The position numbers were made by a program, and so were the translations under genes. A DNA stretch of 64,000 nucleotides. Source: the human T2T-CHM13v2.0 reference genome, Homo sapiens. The stretch lies in assembly GCF_009914755.1 (NCBI RefSeq), contig NC_060936.1. One strand, 5' to 3'. Positions 60,926-64,000 of this stretch are shown in pieces. The stretch's first letter is position 1, and the number at the start of each line of letters is the position of its first letter. The notes beneath the pieces were generated by a model that had not been told where the DNA came from, ran no database searches, and saw nothing but the letters and a program-made list of their open reading frames with translations.

Positions 60926-63210
60926 CATAGACAGAGTTACAGAAGTGAATGGAGATGGATGGGCAGAGCTGAGACAAGACTGAGCTTTATTTGCCCATCT
61001 TCTGAGGTCTGCAAATGGAGCAGCTGGCTGGGTAGGTTTCCAGTTTGGAAAGAGGACGAAAGAAAAGCTTATCCAAGGACCCCAAGAGAATGCAGTCATT
61101 GGGTGGATTCTTCAGACTAGACACAGAATCACATTGGGGTGGAGAAACAGGTCTGTGGCCTCAGAGAGTGATTTTTATTGTTCTTGCTGGATCTGAAATC
61201 TCCGCTTGGTTACAAAAAAACAAAAAAGAGTGATAGTGGAAAACACAATGAATCAAGAAGACATCTAAATTACACAATTTTTGGAAAGGTTACCAGTCCC
61301 ATCTGTGGGGGAGCTGATGGAGTATAGTGTTAACATCCAGACTCTGGGACCCAGTGCTCCTGTGTTGGAATCTGGCTTCATCACTTACCAGCTGTGCAAT
61401 AGACGGCAAGTCACTTAGCTTCTTTGTGCCTCAGTTTCCACATTTGAGGGATGGGGATAAAAGTGTGTACTTGTTTCTATGGCAGCTGTCACATAAAAAA
61501 GGTGTATGTCTGTCTCAGAGAGTAGCCATGAGGGATTGTTTTGGTCTGTTTTATTTGTGTTAGAGCCTTGCATAGGAGAAAAAAGGAAGCAGAGTAGTAA
61601 GAGATGGGGGAAGGCAATGGAGCAAAGAGGCTGTGATGCAAAGGGGAAAAGATGGGACTTACTGTTTAAGAGCTCATCTCCTTCAAGAGCTCTTCTATTA
61701 CCTGTGGAGGTAGAAGAGGGCTCTGAAGTTAGAGGAGCTGGCTCAGAGTCCTAGTAGCTCCCATGCTAACCCGCTCATGAATGGCAGGTGGGAATGCCCA
61801 GCCTCCCTGAATCTCAGTCTCCTAATCCGTTAAATGGGGCAGTAATGGTGCCTGCCTTAGAGAGTTATCGGGATCATTTAGGGAAATGATGTTTGGGAAA
61901 CTGGGAAGCACCCTGAGCAGTAGCTGGTGTTACTGGTCCTTGTTTGGGGGCGACTTTCTTTATTCTTTACAAAAAGAAGGGTGTTTTTTTTTTTTTCAGG
62001 TGAAAGCAAGTGAATTCATTTGGTTGGACCTTGAAATAGTTAGAGAAAGAAGGTGAGGGTTGTCTTCTTGGAGAGAGGTGTAGAGAGCTATGTGCTTGGA
62101 GTTATGAAAGGACCTTTCAATATCCAGTCTGAGGGCTGGGGCTGGCCTGCCTTCACACAGAGCTCATTCCCATAGGTTTTATTTGAGCCACTGTCACCCT
62201 GCAGGGGAGCTTTCCTGTACATAACAGAAGCATTCTGCAAAGATGTGTGTCCATTCCACGTCTCCTACCCTTTACCCCTTGAACAAAACTCAATAATACT
62301 GAACAAAACTCAATAATACTGAGCCCTACTATGAGAAAGAGCCTGTGCTGGGACCGGGGGATGGTGTTTATAAAGGTAAATTAGAAACACGCAAAGCACT
62401 CTCCTTCATTTGTTCATTTGGTAAACATGTATTGGACACCTACTGTGTGTGCCTGGGAATGTACCAGAGGCTGCAGAAGCCACTGTGAATGAGCACCTCC
62501 CACCGCCCCTACAAGCTGCTCATAGCCTAGCAGAGGAGACCTATACATCAACACAAATTTCTGTACATCTACACGTTACTCTGGATATCAGAGAAAGAAG
62601 GGCTATTTATTCATTTATTCACCAAAAAGTGTATGAAGCTGGATGCCTTTGGTTCAGTTATTCACTCTGAGGCTCATTTTCCTCATTTGTAAACCAGGAA
62701 AAATAATAATGATAAAAGAAACTAATAACCTCATGGAGTTGTTGGGAGGATTAAATGAGAAGACGAATGTAAGGGGCTTAGCACGGTGCGTGGCACAAGG
62801 CAAATGCCCAACTTATGATGGCTTCAATAAATTATTAGTGATGAAATATTAAGTAATAACAATAACATTACAGACTTGCTGAATAGTTGTTTGGAATGGA
62901 TGCATGAAAGTGCCTTGTCTACAAAAAGCAATCAATACATATTTACAGAATGAAATTGTGCTCTTATTAAGAAAAATAGGAAGGGGCGTGCCTCCGTGTG
63001 AAGGAGGAGGATATGAGAACTTCCTGGATCAGATCTCCAGAGACACTAATGTGATCTACTCAGGGTTAAAAAAAGTCCTTTTCTCCCCCTAAAGCCAGCA
63101 GGTACTTCTGCCTTCCCTCCCTCTTCTCTTTCACCTTCTACCCACCACTGTTAACCTGTGTGTCTCTTTCCCTCTTCCTGTCCCCTCCTCTTTTGGGAAG
63201 CTGCCTTCAC

Positions 63211-63432
63211 ATCAGTGGTTCTCCCTGGGAGAGTAGGAAAGGGAATTTTGTTTCCCAAGGAACATTTGGCAATGCCTAGAGACATGTTTGGTTGACACAA
63301 TTGAGTGGTGATGCTACTGTAGATAGAGGCCAGGGATGCTGCTCAACACCCTACAATATACAGAAGGGTGCCCTGCTTCTCCTGCAGCCCCAGAATTATT
63401 CAGCTCAAAATGTCAATAGTGCAGAGGTGAAG
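63211..63432. mobile_element. MER20-like hAT DNA transposon
   Basis: cagtggttctc...catttggcaatg.ctagagacat...gaggccagggatgctgct...aaaatgtcaatagtgc. Confidence 0.75.
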
Positions 63433-64000
63433 ACAACCTGCCTCACATCCTGTGGCTGGTAACAAGCCCAGGTTCCCCTGCCCAGCCCCACTGAACGTCC
63501 CACTGGGAAGGGGGTGTGTCACTCCCAGCCAGGCCCCGCCCTCTCTCCCCTGAGCCAGTGGGGATCCCTGGCTGGTCAGAGTTCCAGGGCCAGCTGCTGC
63601 ATGGGCTTTTCCAAGACCTCTCTCTCCTGGTGGGCAAATGTGAAAACCTCTCAGAACCTCTTTGCCTTTCTCCCTCTTTCTAGGAGGCTTTGGCATTTTT
63701 GAGGTCCTGAGGAAACCAGACCTCAGAACCTCAAAAGTTGCCATTGGGTCCCTCTCTGGTGAGAGCTGATCCAGCTATTTTGCACATAGCTCTCAGCCTG
63801 GCCAAGTGCCCTGTGGAGTCTGCAGGCACGGTGTGCGCAGAGGTGGCCAGGCGGTCGGGGACAAGATGATTGTAAAGTTTGAGAGGCATTACAAGTCCTT
63901 CTGGTCTAAAAGATGTCCCCCTTCTGATCTGTTTCAGTGCAAGGCAACTCCACCATTAGCATCACTTCTTGGGCGCTCTTGGGAAGGTAAGCAGCAGTGA

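Overview
This is primate genomic DNA, almost certainly the human SDSL-LHX5 interval on chr12q24; I recognised it from the translated proteins, not from a database search. The left part holds the complete SDSL gene (+ strand; 7 coding exons splicing GT-AG into a 990-nt CDS, 329-aa PLP-dependent serine dehydratase-like enzyme). It is followed by about 23 kb of Alu/L1/LTR-rich intergenic DNA that includes a 1.2-kb quasi-palindromic AT-rich minisatellite. The right part holds the complete LHX5 gene (- strand; 5 coding exons, 1209-nt CDS, 402 aa, two LIM domains plus homeodomain) in a CpG-island-rich, Alu-free domain, with a probable divergent spliced lncRNA (LHX5-AS1). I found no evidence for a wholly new gene system. 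The most notable observations are: (1) a complex inverted repeat bracketing the SDSL terminal exon and its poly(A) signals; (2) a 429-codon alternative open frame running through LHX5 exon 5 and nearly the whole 3' UTR, in phase with exon 1; (3) a near-perfect REST/RE1 site in the putative lncRNA last exon; (4) an RFX X-box, TATA box and uORFs at the LHX5 start; (5) several homeodomain/PBX-HOX motif islands. Exon coordinates were read base by base; repeat boundaries and subfamily calls are approximate.
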